Of a DNA stretch of 64,000 nt, positions 48,215 to 59,204 are shown piece after piece. The stretch lies in the IMG/VR virus record IMGVR_UViG_3300037043_000022. One strand, given 5' to 3'. Positions within the stretch are counted from its first letter, which is position 1. Each line of letters starts with the position of its first letter. Under the pieces are notes generated by a model that saw only the letters and a list, made by a program, of their open reading frames with translations, did not search any database and was not told where the DNA came from. This DNA comes from an uncultured virus (IMG/VR IMGVR_UViG_3300037043_000022) (Duplodnaviria > Heunggongvirae > Uroviricota > Caudoviricetes). The position numbers were made by a program, and so were the translations under genes.

Positions 48215-51200
48215 ATGAGATTGATTCACCCATTTCGGGACTTCGTTGATCCGGATGAATTATTTGACGGCGTGAATGGTCTGAATGCATATTGTAATAA
48301 ACTCGAATCATTGGCTATTAAATATGCCAACAGAATGGAACCGAATTTAATTAAGGGCAATGGGTTCGAATTGTTCGTTGAATATTTAATTAAAATGTCA
48401 TCAAACGATAATCGGATCGGCATTTCCGATTATGAACCAGTAGACGTATCTTCAGATACTGGCGTTGACGGCAAAGGCACATCCACAATAAATGGAAGAC
48501 CAATCACGGTACAAGCAAAATATCGTCAAGCAAATCATGTGTTGACGAATGAAGACAAACTGACGAATTTATTGTCTGCGTCGTGGGGTAAATATGGCGT
48601 CCATATTAAAGACGACAAGAACATGCTGATCATGTCTTCGGCCGGTAGCATACATCATTTTACGGAATCTGAGATGTTACAGGGCAAGGTGCGGACGCTT
48701 CTTCGTGAAGACCTCCGCCATATGACCGACAACATGGTAGGTTTCTGGTCTGATTTTAAGGCGTCAGTCATTGCAAGTCAGACGCCGACGGCGGATAGAC
48801 AACAAATCAAATTGCGACAACATCAGACTGAAGCCATTGACGTGGTGGTTGGATTAATCGCTTCAAACGTCAACAAAGGCATTGTGGAATTGCCGACTGG
48901 AACCGGCAAGACGTACGTGCAAGCTGCAATTATCAATGAATTGATCAAAAAGGGAATGAAAACGTTTGCAGTTTTCTCACCCCGAATTCTGTTGTCGTTT
49001 CAACTGTTGGAAAACGTCGCAGAATATCTCAACGGCATTGGTACCGAAGTTGAATATCTTAACGTCAACAGTGGTCGTTTCGACGAGACTGAAATCAACG
49101 AGGCAAGAAAATCATCCGGCATGTTGGTCAGTCAAGTTAAATCAACTACGTCGTCGTTGGAAATTTATGAAGTATACAAACGAGCACAAGCCAACAATAA
49201 ACCGTTGGTTATCTCATCTACATATCATTCTGCTGAACAACTGGACGAAGCCAAGAAATTGGGCTTCGAATTGGACGTTCAACTCAATGATGAAGCTCAT
49301 CATATGGTTTCTGACGAATTTGGTAAATTTACGTCAATCGGCAATTTCTCTTATTCATTTACCGCCACACCCAAAATAACTGAAGGTGGCAAAAAAGGTT
49401 ATGGTATGAACAATGAGGAGAAATTTGGCAAAATCATCTTTAGAAAGACGCCGCGTGAAATGATTGACGCCGGTGAAATGTTGCCGCCAGCCTTACACAT
49501 CGTGGAAGCATTAGGTGAAAGCAACAAGGAAGCAGAAGTAAAAGTAGATGCCTATGACGAAATAACCAGATGTTTGATGCTTACATTTGCCAGACATGAA
49601 GAATGGTTGTTTCTAAAGAGCAAAGAACCGACCAAAATCGGCGCAAAAATGTTGATCACCGTAAAGGATCAAAAGACGTTGAAGGGAATATTGAACAGTA
49701 AGGAATTGCAGGAGTTCCACAAGACCAGAACAGACGTCCACGTCATGGCATTGTCCTCCAACGTCGGCGTATATTCCGATGGTTGGGTGATTCAAGGGAC
49801 GTCCGATGATTGGATGCTGCCGTCTCGTCATAAAGACCCGTTTTTGAGAAATCTCCAAAACCTTAAGGAAGACGACAAAGCCATCATTCTATATGTAGAC
49901 ATGTTGACGGAAGGCATTGACGTCCCTGGCATTACGTCGTTCATGCCGCTTCGATCAATGTCCGACACCGGTTTTAAGCAGGGTGTCGGTCGGTCCTGTC
50001 GTCTTCAAAGAGACGACAGGAAGGCACTTTATGAGGGTTCTCTAAAACCAGAACAACATGTCCGATTCGTCAAACCCTACGCCGCAATCGTCATACCACG
50101 CGTGTTGATTGAATCGAAAGACTATACAGAGAGATATAAAGATCTGCTTTATACGTTGGTCGATGAATATGGTTTAGATAAAGAAATGATCAGAATTGAC
50201 GACATGTTCGGTGCAAAGGACGAAGAACCCAAAGGACAAAATAGTCTAACGAGACGCTTAAAAACGTCTAAAATGGAAGTTGAAAAGTATTTCCAAGAAG
50301 TAAAGGATGATTTGGACCGACCGCTTGAAATCCATGAATTGGCGGTCTTTGATTTATTAAATTTGTTCATTGCCGATCCGGATGCTAAAGATAAAGTATT
50401 TGGTAAAATTAAGACGTGGTTTAAAGACGGATTGAAAGAATACGACGACCGAGCATGGCGACGCTACAAGAGGGATGAGGATTACTTGAAGACGATCGAC
50501 AAAGCACGGAAAGCAAAGCGCGGCGTCTTCTCCGATGATTGTCGGAAGAAGTATGGCACAATCTATACGCCGGAATTTGTAGTAAAAGAGACCGTGGATT
50601 TGGCTTTCAAATATCTTCCTAAAGACGTTGACATTTTGAACCTTACTTATTGCGATCCAGCCAGCGGCGACGGCAATTTCTTGATCTTCCTCTATCACAA
50701 ATTGATGAGAGAAGGCACATCCATCGTTGATCCAATTGAACGCTCATACCACATTCTGACCCATTGTCTCCACGGCATCGAAATCCTAGAACCGATGTAT
50801 TATGCTTGCAAAATCCGTTTAGTTACGGCACACTTCGAGACGGTCCTAAAACATGGTGGTGACTGCACAAAATATGTTGATCTGATGGATAATTGGTCAC
50901 CGACCAATAACGGCAAAGTGTTGAACATCCACTGGGGCAACACGATCTGTATGCCGGATGATACCAAAGAAGAATGGTATCAACAACCAGTCATTAAGAA
51001 GACGATCAAATGTTCTGCGAACAACAAGGACAAAGAAGGCAAGGATGTTGATGTCGAAATCGGTCGTCCGGAAAATGAAGGTGGATTGTTGCCGGAAGAA
51101 ATCCGAAACAAGAAATATGATATGATCGTGGGGAATCCGCCCTATACTAGATTTATTGGATATAAATATTCTGAATATAAAGAACAAATGGATTTTGCTC

Positions 51201-52075
51201 AGATATTTGTCCTATGGTCTTTAAACCATTTAGACAATGGAATATGCGCCTTAAATATAAGCGATGTTTGGTTATTAAATAAATTAGCCGAAGGCGCAAA
51301 GCAGACACGTTTACTTATTTGTGGTAAAATACGAGAGATAGTATCAAATTCCAAGATAATTTCATATTCAATGAATGGTGGTGGTGATCTGCCAACCACC
51401 GTGGTTTGTTTAAATAATGTAATAGAAAATAAACTCATTTATAATGATAAGGAATATCAATATTCAGAAAGTGATCTTCTCCAACAAAGATTTATAGATA
51501 AATTAACTGATGACTGGAAGCCTAGTTTCAATTTTAAGACAATGAATGATTATGGAACTGTTCAAGTGTCTGGTAGAGGAAACAGAGATGGTCAGCATAA
51601 ATTAAATTCTGGTGCTTATTTTGATTTGGGTGGTGAAAATTTTTATATAGCCAGATCGGAATTTGTCTACATTAGGAGCAGCAATAATATTGATGTCTTA
51701 TTTAAAATCATCAAATGCAATGATTTATCTATTGATGTGCAAAAAATGTGTGTTGGTCAAGGGACTGGATATATGAAACATATTGGTCCTATGTCTAAAG
51801 AGAAAATTATTTGGCTATTTGGGTGGCTTAACTCTACTATGTTTAGAGGGAAAATACAAAAATTCCTAAAACGCAAACGAATAGAAAAAGGTGGCACAAA
51901 TTATCAACTCATAAATAACATTTTTAAAGATGCACCAGTTCCAGATTATGACTTTTATCTCAATGACCGACCGGAACGCGTCAAAGCGTACATGGAATGG
52001 ATAGAAAACAATGTACGAGACAAGGATAATTTCCTTGCTGGGATTGATGCAGAATTTGAAAGGATGATAAAATGA
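48215..52075 (+). CDS. Type ISP-like single-chain restriction-modification protein (nuclease-SF2 helicase-N6 MTase-TRD)
   Basis: GNGFE...DTGVDG...QAK (Mrr-like), LPTGTGKT, DEAH, TATP, EGIDVP, QGVGRSCR, YTP, DPASGDGNF, GNPPY; domain order as in LlaGI/LlaBIII. Confidence 0.8.
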   Translation: MRLIHPFRDFVDPDELFDGVNGLNAYCNKLESLAIKYANRMEPNLIKGNGFELFVEYLIKMSSNDNRIGISDYEPVDVSSDTGVDGKGTSTINGRPITVQAKYRQANHVLTNEDKLTNLLSASWGKYGVHIKDDKNMLIMSSAGSIHHFTESEMLQGKVRTLLREDLRHMTDNMVGFWSDFKASVIASQTPTADRQQIKLRQHQTEAIDVVVGLIASNVNKGIVELPTGTGKTYVQAAIINELIKKGMKTFAVFSPRILLSFQLLENVAEYLNGIGTEVEYLNVNSGRFDETEINEARKSSGMLVSQVKSTTSSLEIYEVYKRAQANNKPLVISSTYHSAEQLDEAKKLGFELDVQLNDEAHHMVSDEFGKFTSIGNFSYSFTATPKITEGGKKGYGMNNEEKFGKIIFRKTPREMIDAGEMLPPALHIVEALGESNKEAEVKVDAYDEITRCLMLTFARHEEWLFLKSKEPTKIGAKMLITVKDQKTLKGILNSKELQEFHKTRTDVHVMALSSNVGVYSDGWVIQGTSDDWMLPSRHKDPFLRNLQNLKEDDKAIILYVDMLTEGIDVPGITSFMPLRSMSDTGFKQGVGRSCRLQRDDRKALYEGSLKPEQHVRFVKPYAAIVIPRVLIESKDYTERYKDLLYTLVDEYGLDKEMIRIDDMFGAKDEEPKGQNSLTRRLKTSKMEVEKYFQEVKDDLDRPLEIHELAVFDLLNLFIADPDAKDKVFGKIKTWFKDGLKEYDDRAWRRYKRDEDYLKTIDKARKAKRGVFSDDCRKKYGTIYTPEFVVKETVDLAFKYLPKDVDILNLTYCDPASGDGNFLIFLYHKLMREGTSIVDPIERSYHILTHCLHGIEILEPMYYACKIRLVTAHFETVLKHGGDCTKYVDLMDNWSPTNNGKVLNIHWGNTICMPDDTKEEWYQQPVIKKTIKCSANNKDKEGKDVDVEIGRPENEGGLLPEEIRNKKYDMIVGNPPYTRFIGYKYSEYKEQMDFAQIFVLWSLNHLDNGICALNISDVWLLNKLAEGAKQTRLLICGKIREIVSNSKIISYSMNGGGDLPTTVVCLNNVIENKLIYNDKEYQYSESDLLQQRFIDKLTDDWKPSFNFKTMNDYGTVQVSGRGNRDGQHKLNSGAYFDLGGENFYIARSEFVYIRSSNNIDVLFKIIKCNDLSIDVQKMCVGQGTGYMKHIGPMSKEKIIWLFGWLNSTMFRGKIQKFLKRKRIEKGGTNYQLINNIFKDAPVPDYDFYLNDRPERVKAYMEWIENNVRDKDNFLAGIDAEFERMIK

Positions 52076-52554
52076 ATACTTACGAACCAGCGATTGATTT
52101 ATTGCTTAAAACGAAGCATTGGTTTGGTCCAACTATCCATCTTTGTTCAAGTCAATGTAGTGGTAATTGTATTGGTTATTTTTGTTTAATCGCAAATGCA
52201 GGCCCGTTTCTTATAAAAAACATTAAAATAACACCAGTGATCGAGTTATATGGAGCAGAAAACTTTGGAACTGGAACGGAAATCATTAAGATCGATGAAC
52301 TATATTCAAAACAAGTTATAGAATATGGAATATCAAATAATGCAACAACACAATTCTTTATACAATTAGGAACTTCATATGGAGGTAGGCTTCCAGAACT
52401 ACGATTATCGATTGAATATGATTTGTTTTCACAAGTTGATCTCCGACTATTTAAATTGGATATTGGTAAATTGCTTGCATTCTTTCCTATTTGGAGAGTT
52501 AAGAAAATTTGCAAATTTAGTTTAGCACAAGCACAAAGGCCGTTGACACCTTAA
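52072..52554 (+). CDS. AT-rich hypothetical protein
   Basis: ATGA-coupled to the RM gene. Confidence 0.5.
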   Translation: MNTYEPAIDLLLKTKHWFGPTIHLCSSQCSGNCIGYFCLIANAGPFLIKNIKITPVIELYGAENFGTGTEIIKIDELYSKQVIEYGISNNATTQFFIQLGTSYGGRLPELRLSIEYDLFSQVDLRLFKLDIGKLLAFFPIWRVKKICKFSLAQAQRPLTP

Positions 52555-52574
52555 TCGGATTTATATCCGATTAA
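52551..52574. promoter_or_regulatory. palindrome beside TTGACA, possible operator
   Basis: ttaatcggat-ttat-atccgattaa, TTGACA at 52543. Confidence 0.45.
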
Positions 52575-53091
52575 TATGGAGCATAATAATGGAATTTCAT
52601 TTCATTGGTCAATCACATGACTGATATTCTCCACCAAATCCTCTACAATCGCGATGCGTTCGTCGATGCCGTCTACTCGTCCAAGATGAGTAATGAGAAA
52701 AAGAAGACATTGCTCAAATTGTGTCTGATGAATAAGCGTGAATTGTTGGAGACGGCGGCACACAATCATTTTTTGAAAAAATTCAAAGCCAGTCCAATTA
52801 AGGGGAGAAAAAAGATCGACATACCACTTTTTACGACGACGGACGAGATGATAAAAACAATGTTGGACGAGTTAAAACCGTAAGGAAGAGAATTGGAGGA
52901 CACGGTGAGTACAAATAAACTGACTCAAGAGGTTTTGCCGCCAGACGGCGTGAATGAGGCATTAGAAGCACTGATTGCTGCATTGGAGAAAGTTCAAAAA
53001 GCGGATTGGACGAATGTCGAGAGTGTAACGCGAATGAATGCGTTGTGTATGACCGCCATGATTTGTGAAACTCTAGAAAGACGGCCCAAAC

Positions 53092-53364
53092 ATGAACAAA
53101 AAGGTTGAGAGTCACGAGGTAGGCAAGCACGCTTTCAGTGGGTTGTGCGACCCATCTGTTATGGGAGCAACCATCAGCACTTTTAGTGTTGGAATCTTCC
53201 AGTGGCTGCCGAAGACGAACGGGAAGGGCTGTAGAAAGTCGGCTGTAAAGGTTCGCATTCGGGGGTCGGTAAAAGATTTCGGGGCGGTTTACACAAAAGC
53301 CGCAGAGATTGTAGCCGCCCTCGATGCTGGCACGTATACCGGCAAACGCAACGTTAATGTTTAA
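53092..53364 (+). CDS. hypothetical protein
   Basis: ORF in a packed + strand run. Confidence 0.55.
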   Translation: MNKKVESHEVGKHAFSGLCDPSVMGATISTFSVGIFQWLPKTNGKGCRKSAVKVRIRGSVKDFGAVYTKAAEIVAALDAGTYTGKRNVNV

Positions 53365-53864
53365 CGGAAAGTGGCATATAATGAAAAAGATATGGTATTC
53401 GATTAAGGAAGTGGGCGAATCAAAGTATTTGCTGAGGGAACCATCGGCAGATACGGGTGAGGCCGAAAGCATTGCCGAGGAGTGCGCCGAAAGATTTTGG
53501 CAGCGCGGGGGGCGGAGTTATAAATGGCCGCTCACATTCAATCTGTATTGGGAAAAAGATGACGAAAACCCGTATTGTACCGTTGAGGTGAGCATAAAAT
53601 ATGTACCACATTTTCACGGTACGAAGAAAAGCGGGATGCAATTAAAGAAAAAATGATGTTGGATGAATAACCTGATGAAAGGAGCAAATGATGGAACCAG
53701 TAACTGCCCTGATTATAGTAGGTATTGTCTTATTGTTGACGATCTTTGAATCAGGCGAAACCAGAAGAGAGAAAGATGGTAACGCATTGGCGTTCATCAT
53801 CGTTGGTCTCATCGCATATATGCTCATATCTTGTTGAAACCGATCAAGGGAGGAGGCGAGAAAG

Positions 53865-54473
53865 ATGGACACTTTACCAAATGCCGTTAGAAAATTGCTG
53901 GACGTAGAGACCCATCTCTTTAATGCAATGAAAGACCCACACAGTTTCAAATATGCTGGTGCGGTAGGGGAATATGTTCTTGTACGTGATGAAATATTGA
54001 AATTGTTGAAAACACAAGAGCCAGAATTGAAAACACAAGAAGAGCAAGAATTGTTGAAAACACAAGAAGAGCAAACACAAAAAGAGCAAGAACCTGAAAC
54101 AAAAGACTCTAAAAATGAAAACCTACTTCGATTCATCGCAGAAACGGAACGCAAGCATTTCCGTACCGTCGCAGATCACGGGGCAAACCCACACTCCATG
54201 ATGTTCTGGAACATGCTGCGGAAATTCGCCGGTCTGTCCGAATTGACGCTTGATGACCTTCCGGCATGGTGCCCAACATGTAAACGTTATCACGTCAAAC
54301 CACATATATCCGATCTTGAAACTTCTTATCTATTAGGACGACATTTAACAGATGGATCAACTAAAATCTGCCCACAGTGTAAAAATATGGTGGTTAAGGG
54401 ACTTGGCCGTCAATATTACCCAGGGGAATTACCCTTCGTATGTTCTCGGTGCGAGGATTCCCGATCGATGTAA
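53865..54473 (+). CDS. hypothetical protein with Zn-finger motifs and LKTQE repeats
   Basis: CPTC, CPQC, CSRC. Confidence 0.6.
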   Translation: MDTLPNAVRKLLDVETHLFNAMKDPHSFKYAGAVGEYVLVRDEILKLLKTQEPELKTQEEQELLKTQEEQTQKEQEPETKDSKNENLLRFIAETERKHFRTVADHGANPHSMMFWNMLRKFAGLSELTLDDLPAWCPTCKRYHVKPHISDLETSYLLGRHLTDGSTKICPQCKNMVVKGLGRQYYPGELPFVCSRCEDSRSM

Positions 54474-54830
54474 TTGCGGAGCATTTACAGGAGAAAATAA
54501 TGAGAAAAATGACAGAAGAGGACTTAAGGCATAAGGGATTACCTTTCGTATGCAATAATTGCGGGGCAAAGCCGACAACGGTTAAGGGGTCAAGCATAAC
54601 ATGGAAATCGGTCAAAGAGTGTTTACCAGAAATGACGTTAAGTGACATTGGTAATTTAAGATCAAAGAACGTATTAATTCGGTGCGATGGTGACATACGC
54701 ATTGGCTATGTCAGTCAGTGGGACGAGGAAGAACCGAAATGGCTCCTTGCTGGCCGAGACAGCTACGGAGCAGAGAATACTACCCATTGGCGTTACATGG
54801 ATGATTTATATCTGGCAGCAATGAAGGGAG

Positions 54831-55097
54831 ATGAAAATGCGAGCTTATAAAATTTTAATGATTTTCTGTGTTGTCTTCTATTCCTTCGCCGCCCTTTTTT
54901 ATTTATTACGCATGTTAGTGACTGGCGATTACTACAATGTTCTATATTTACTATTGTATACCATCATTTCGTTTATTATGATTTATAGCATCAAAACACA
55001 AAACATGATCATCAAAGCACAAAATGTGGTCTTGGAACTTAAGGTTCTTAGAGAACAAAGTGAAAAACAGGACGGAAAACAGGAGGAACAACAATGA
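54831..55097 (+). CDS. two-TM membrane protein (paralog of 55721)
   Basis: MKMRAYKILMIFCVVFYS..LFYLLRMLV. Confidence 0.65.
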   Translation: MKMRAYKILMIFCVVFYSFAALFYLLRMLVTGDYYNVLYLLLYTIISFIMIYSIKTQNMIIKAQNVVLELKVLREQSEKQDGKQEEQQ

Positions 55098-55720
55098 CGA
55101 CAGAAGAACACAAGAAACGTCACATGGAATTACATAAGGCATTCGACGAATTATTGGCTGATTGGATTAACACAACCAATGGTCTGCCAAGCAAAGCGAG
55201 CATCATGGACCTATTAAAATGGTCACATACACAGATTAACAGTCCTGTACTCGTTCAGGTGGGCCAAGAGAGACCTATCATTCAACAAGGCCCACAAGAT
55301 GCACACTGTTCCGTGATCAGCATTGTCTTTCGTGGCTCACTTGGTCCGGAATTTCCAGAATTTGTCGGGATTGAATTCGACAACAGAAAATGCCGCAGCG
55401 TCGGCAAGTGGTTCGAGCGTGATGATGGGGATTGGGTATTAGAAATTATGAAGGACGATAAGGGATGGGCATCAGAAAAGGACGATAGAGGATGAGTAAT
55501 CTTCTTTGCTCTGCATGTGGAAAAGCAGGGGCAGACTGCAAGGGTGGCTTATGTCGTTGTTGTTCGTCTCCGCCCTCACCTGAACCGTGGCCGGAATTGA
55601 GAAATCTGCTTAACCGTCTCGATAATATAGAGACTAAAATGCGACGTGAATTAAACAAATTCAAGACAGCATTAGATATGATTGAAAAAACAGCACAAGA
55701 AACCAAACAGAAAGGAAGGA

Positions 55721-56041
55721 ATGAAAATGCGAGCCTTTAGAATCTTTGTGGTTTTCTGTACTGTTTTCTGTATTGTTTTCTATTCTGTTGCCATCCTTTT
55801 TTATTTATTGCGTATGCTAGTAATTGGAGTTTCTTACGACAGCGTCTTATATTTACTGTTGCATGTCACCTGCTTGTTGATTATGTTGTATGTAAGAACG
55901 CCAGCACAGGACGGAGGAACAAAAGAGAACATCAAAGCACAAGAGGACATAATCACTGCTTATGTGACTTTGAAACTTAAGGAACAAAATGTGACTTTGG
56001 AACTTAAGGAACAAAGAGAGAAAGGTGGAGAGGATGAGTAA
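55721..56041 (+). CDS. two-TM membrane protein (paralog of 54831)
   Basis: MKMRAFRIFVVFC...LFYLLRMLV. Confidence 0.65.
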   Translation: MKMRAFRIFVVFCTVFCIVFYSVAILFYLLRMLVIGVSYDSVLYLLLHVTCLLIMLYVRTPAQDGGTKENIKAQEDIITAYVTLKLKEQNVTLELKEQREKGGEDE

Positions 56042-56520
56042 AAAACGCAAAAACAAATCAATGTTGGAAAAAGAATATGTAGAAGCATTCTTGATGCTTT
56101 GTGACGTTGGTGTTATTCATGAAAAGCTTCAAAAGAAAGTCGAACAGTTATCCGCTGCATTGAATGATAAACCACCCATAATTGGATCTATTGGTCCAGG
56201 AATCAAAGTAGAGAAAGGGAAACCAGTAAAAGACAAACCTGTCGCTATGCTGGAAGAATTGGTTGACCGAATATTTGAATTACACACATTGACCATTTAT
56301 CCATGTTCTGATCTAATTGAATCATGTGAAATGTATTTAAAACATGTGAGAAAAAAGACGACTGTGATTAAAAAAATACATATCCAGGAAGAATGGGATA
56401 TGATCAAGAGTTCAAGAACACCAACGTTCGGACATAGTTCAAGAACACCAACGCTCGGACGTGCCTCATTCGTGATTCCGAATGAAAGATGATGCCAACC
56501 CCTTTAAAAGGAGAACTGAA

Positions 56521-57042
56521 ATGACAGACCGCGTTCCAGACCTTAATGAAAGCACGACAATTAAATCGATGCGTGAGACTGCATATGGAATGGCAATCTC
56601 AAGCTTCAATTCCGATGACGACGTTGATAATTACATGGCTATCGTTTCAATGTGCACAAAAATAGAAAGTCGCCATGAATGTCTCAATCGTGCAAAATCC
56701 ATGAGAGAATTTTCTACTCATTCGTCTGATATGGAATTCAGATTTTCCGAGTTATGTAAACTATTAGAATTATTCCCAGAAGAGAAGGAGTCGATCAAAT
56801 CCAAATTACTTTTAATCATGGACGCATCAGTCCGTGCCGAATCCAAATTTATATGGCTCGAAAAATTATTAAAATTATTCCCAGAGGATAAAGAGACGAT
56901 CAAGTCTAAGTTGTTATGTCTTACAGGCATTCACGATGCTGACTTGGTGGCGTTCCAGCAGGATATAGCAGCTGTCCATCCTGGAATGACAATAAGCGTT
57001 TTATGTGAAGACATTCAACCATCAGAAGAGGATGAAAAATGA
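56521..57042 (+). CDS. hypothetical protein with internal LLxLFPE.KE.IKSKLL duplication
   Basis: AAGGAG RBS. Confidence 0.6.
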   Translation: MTDRVPDLNESTTIKSMRETAYGMAISSFNSDDDVDNYMAIVSMCTKIESRHECLNRAKSMREFSTHSSDMEFRFSELCKLLELFPEEKESIKSKLLLIMDASVRAESKFIWLEKLLKLFPEDKETIKSKLLCLTGIHDADLVAFQQDIAAVHPGMTISVLCEDIQPSEEDEK

Positions 57043-57257
57043 CTGAAGTTGGATATACGCAATCTGGGATGTGGGCCGAAGGATCAACATATGGTCCACT
57101 ACAATCGAATGGAATCGATTATTTATGCCCACAATGTGGTGGATATGGAAAATGTAGTGGACAAGATTGCGAATTTTGTAATGGTGTTGGGACAATCGCA
57201 TTAAACGACCCACGAATTAGATCAAATAAAAACAGAAACCGTAAATTGGTGCTCTAA
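57039..57257 (+). CDS. small DnaJ-type Zn-finger (CxxCxGxG) protein
   Basis: CPQCGGYG...CEFCNGVG. Confidence 0.65.
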   Translation: MTEVGYTQSGMWAEGSTYGPLQSNGIDYLCPQCGGYGKCSGQDCEFCNGVGTIALNDPRIRSNKNRNRKLVL

Positions 57258-57589
57258 GTATTTGAGCAGAAACTGGCCTGATAAGAAAGGATCTAATCAT
57301 GACAATTGGTGAAATTGCTGATCATTTGGGAGCACGTGGTTTTGCAACTAGAAAAACATGGTATCTAAATGGGAAATTAAGCAGCATTTTGGTATTCGGT
57401 ATAGACAACCTCGCTTGGATTTGCCATGAAGAGAATGAATTGAATAAACGTCGAAAAGACTTATGGCAACCATGTCTTGCCGAAATATCAGCCACAGATT
57501 GGGTTGCTCTTCCATTCTTCTGGAACGATCCGAGAGACGACTTTCTTCCATTTGAGACAATCAAGTAAGAACTGACAAAAGGAGATGTT

Positions 57590-58561
57590 ATGTCAGAAAC
57601 GTTGTTGTTCATGATTATCTGTTTAATCTGTTCTACGATATTGATGTGGAAATTATGTAACGATCACAAACCAAAGGATAAACCAAAACGTCCAGGGTGG
57701 TCATATGATGAGGTCATGAATGACGAACATGATGAGGAAACGGGTGCAAGCAAACGAGAAGACATACATGGAAAGGCTCTCTTCGAAGCAATTAATGAGA
57801 GTAAAAAGGGTTTAAGCGACAAAGTTAAGGAGTTGCCTGACAAAAGGCTGTTGCCTTTGGTTGCGGCAGGAGAATCTGAAGCAATCAAAGGTCTTACGTT
57901 ACCCACTGTGGTATGTCTATGTGGATCAACGCGTTTCCGGGATGAATTTATCGAAGCCAATCGTCGCGAAACGATGACCGGACGGATCGTTCTTGCACCA
58001 GGTGTGTTCATGCATTCTGGTGACCACATAACGGACGATGACAAACGACGGCTGGACGAACTTCATCTCCGTAAGATTGACATGGCATCTCATGTGTTGG
58101 TAATCAATCCTGGTGGATATATCGGCGAGAGCACGCGCCGCGAAATTGCTTACGCCAGAGCGACGGGTAAATCAGTGGAATTTACACACAAGACAGAAGA
58201 AATAAAAACAGACAAACAAGAAGGAGAAAATAACATGCAACAAGAACCTCCCGAAAAATGTAAAATATGCGACAAGCGAAGGATGAGCGACTGCACACAT
58301 CATTCTCCGTTATGGGAATGGCATTCAAAAGGTTGTCATGTCGTTCCAGCTTATATTGTCTATTGTTCTGATTGCAACGAAATGTTGTTTACGACAATTT
58401 ATGACGCAGAAAAGAATGAACACCGCATTTCAGTTCCAAATTTTCACACCATAAAATGGCAAGAATATATCGTAGATGTATTCCGTAAAAAGTTCCCAAA
58501 CGATCGCATAATAATATCGCCAGAAGATGATACGAGCAACGGCACAAGCCATCGCAGATGA
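57590..58561 (+). CDS. multidomain protein: N-terminal TM, nucleoside deoxyribosyltransferase-like/DUF4406-type domain, Cys-rich tail
   Basis: VVCLCGSTRF...LHLRKIDMA..VLVIN.GGYIGEST..EI.YA. Confidence 0.65.
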   Translation: MSETLLFMIICLICSTILMWKLCNDHKPKDKPKRPGWSYDEVMNDEHDEETGASKREDIHGKALFEAINESKKGLSDKVKELPDKRLLPLVAAGESEAIKGLTLPTVVCLCGSTRFRDEFIEANRRETMTGRIVLAPGVFMHSGDHITDDDKRRLDELHLRKIDMASHVLVINPGGYIGESTRREIAYARATGKSVEFTHKTEEIKTDKQEGENNMQQEPPEKCKICDKRRMSDCTHHSPLWEWHSKGCHVVPAYIVYCSDCNEMLFTTIYDAEKNEHRISVPNFHTIKWQEYIVDVFRKKFPNDRIIISPEDDTSNGTSHRR

Positions 58562-58874
58562 CAGCCGATGAAAAGGATAGAGGTTGATACGAATGTCTAG
58601 AGCAGACATGAAACGATATAATCATGCAATAACTATCGAATATACAATTTGGTGTGCTCGATGCAGCGTATGGGTACAACGATCGGGATATAAAAAGACA
58701 GGCTTTATAGAGCTTGTCCAGAGTCTGGGTTGGGCCATTAGAAATGGCAGAGTCTGCTGTCCAGAATGCGTGTCTGAATTGGACAGTGGAAATGCTGTTG
58801 ATGATGTTGGATGGCGGCAAGCGACTTTGCATTGATTTACATGAACGAAAGCAAGATAAAGAAGAATTCAAAAC

Positions 58875-59204
58875 ATGAATGAAAAACCACGCAAAATGAT
58901 GTTGGACCCAATGCCACGCGACGTTGACGAAGAATTGTGTCGCAAGACATGTCTTATGTTTAAGTCAACCATAAGGATTGACAATGGATTCGTATATATC
59001 AATGATTTTAAATTCAAAAATTGGTATGATGCTCGCATTTTTATGGATGGATTTGCATTCGGCATTGACGGTGCTTTGCGATGCACGCAGAGGAACCGCG
59101 ACAGTCTGGAGAAAACTGCTTTACGGGCATTGTTAAAGGCAAATTATAAACATTACGTACCGTTGGAAGGAGCTGATAATGGCATTGTTAAAGGCAAATT
59201 ATAA
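58875..59204 (+). CDS. hypothetical protein
   Basis: 3' end lies within the 55-bp tandem repeat. Confidence 0.55.
   Translation: MNEKPRKMMLDPMPRDVDEELCRKTCLMFKSTIRIDNGFVYINDFKFKNWYDARIFMDGFAFGIDGALRCTQRNRDSLEKTALRALLKANYKHYVPLEGADNGIVKGKL

Noticed and set aside
54831..56041. Two-TM proteins as holins
   Set aside because: No endolysin or spanin nearby; hydrophobicity alone is insufficient.
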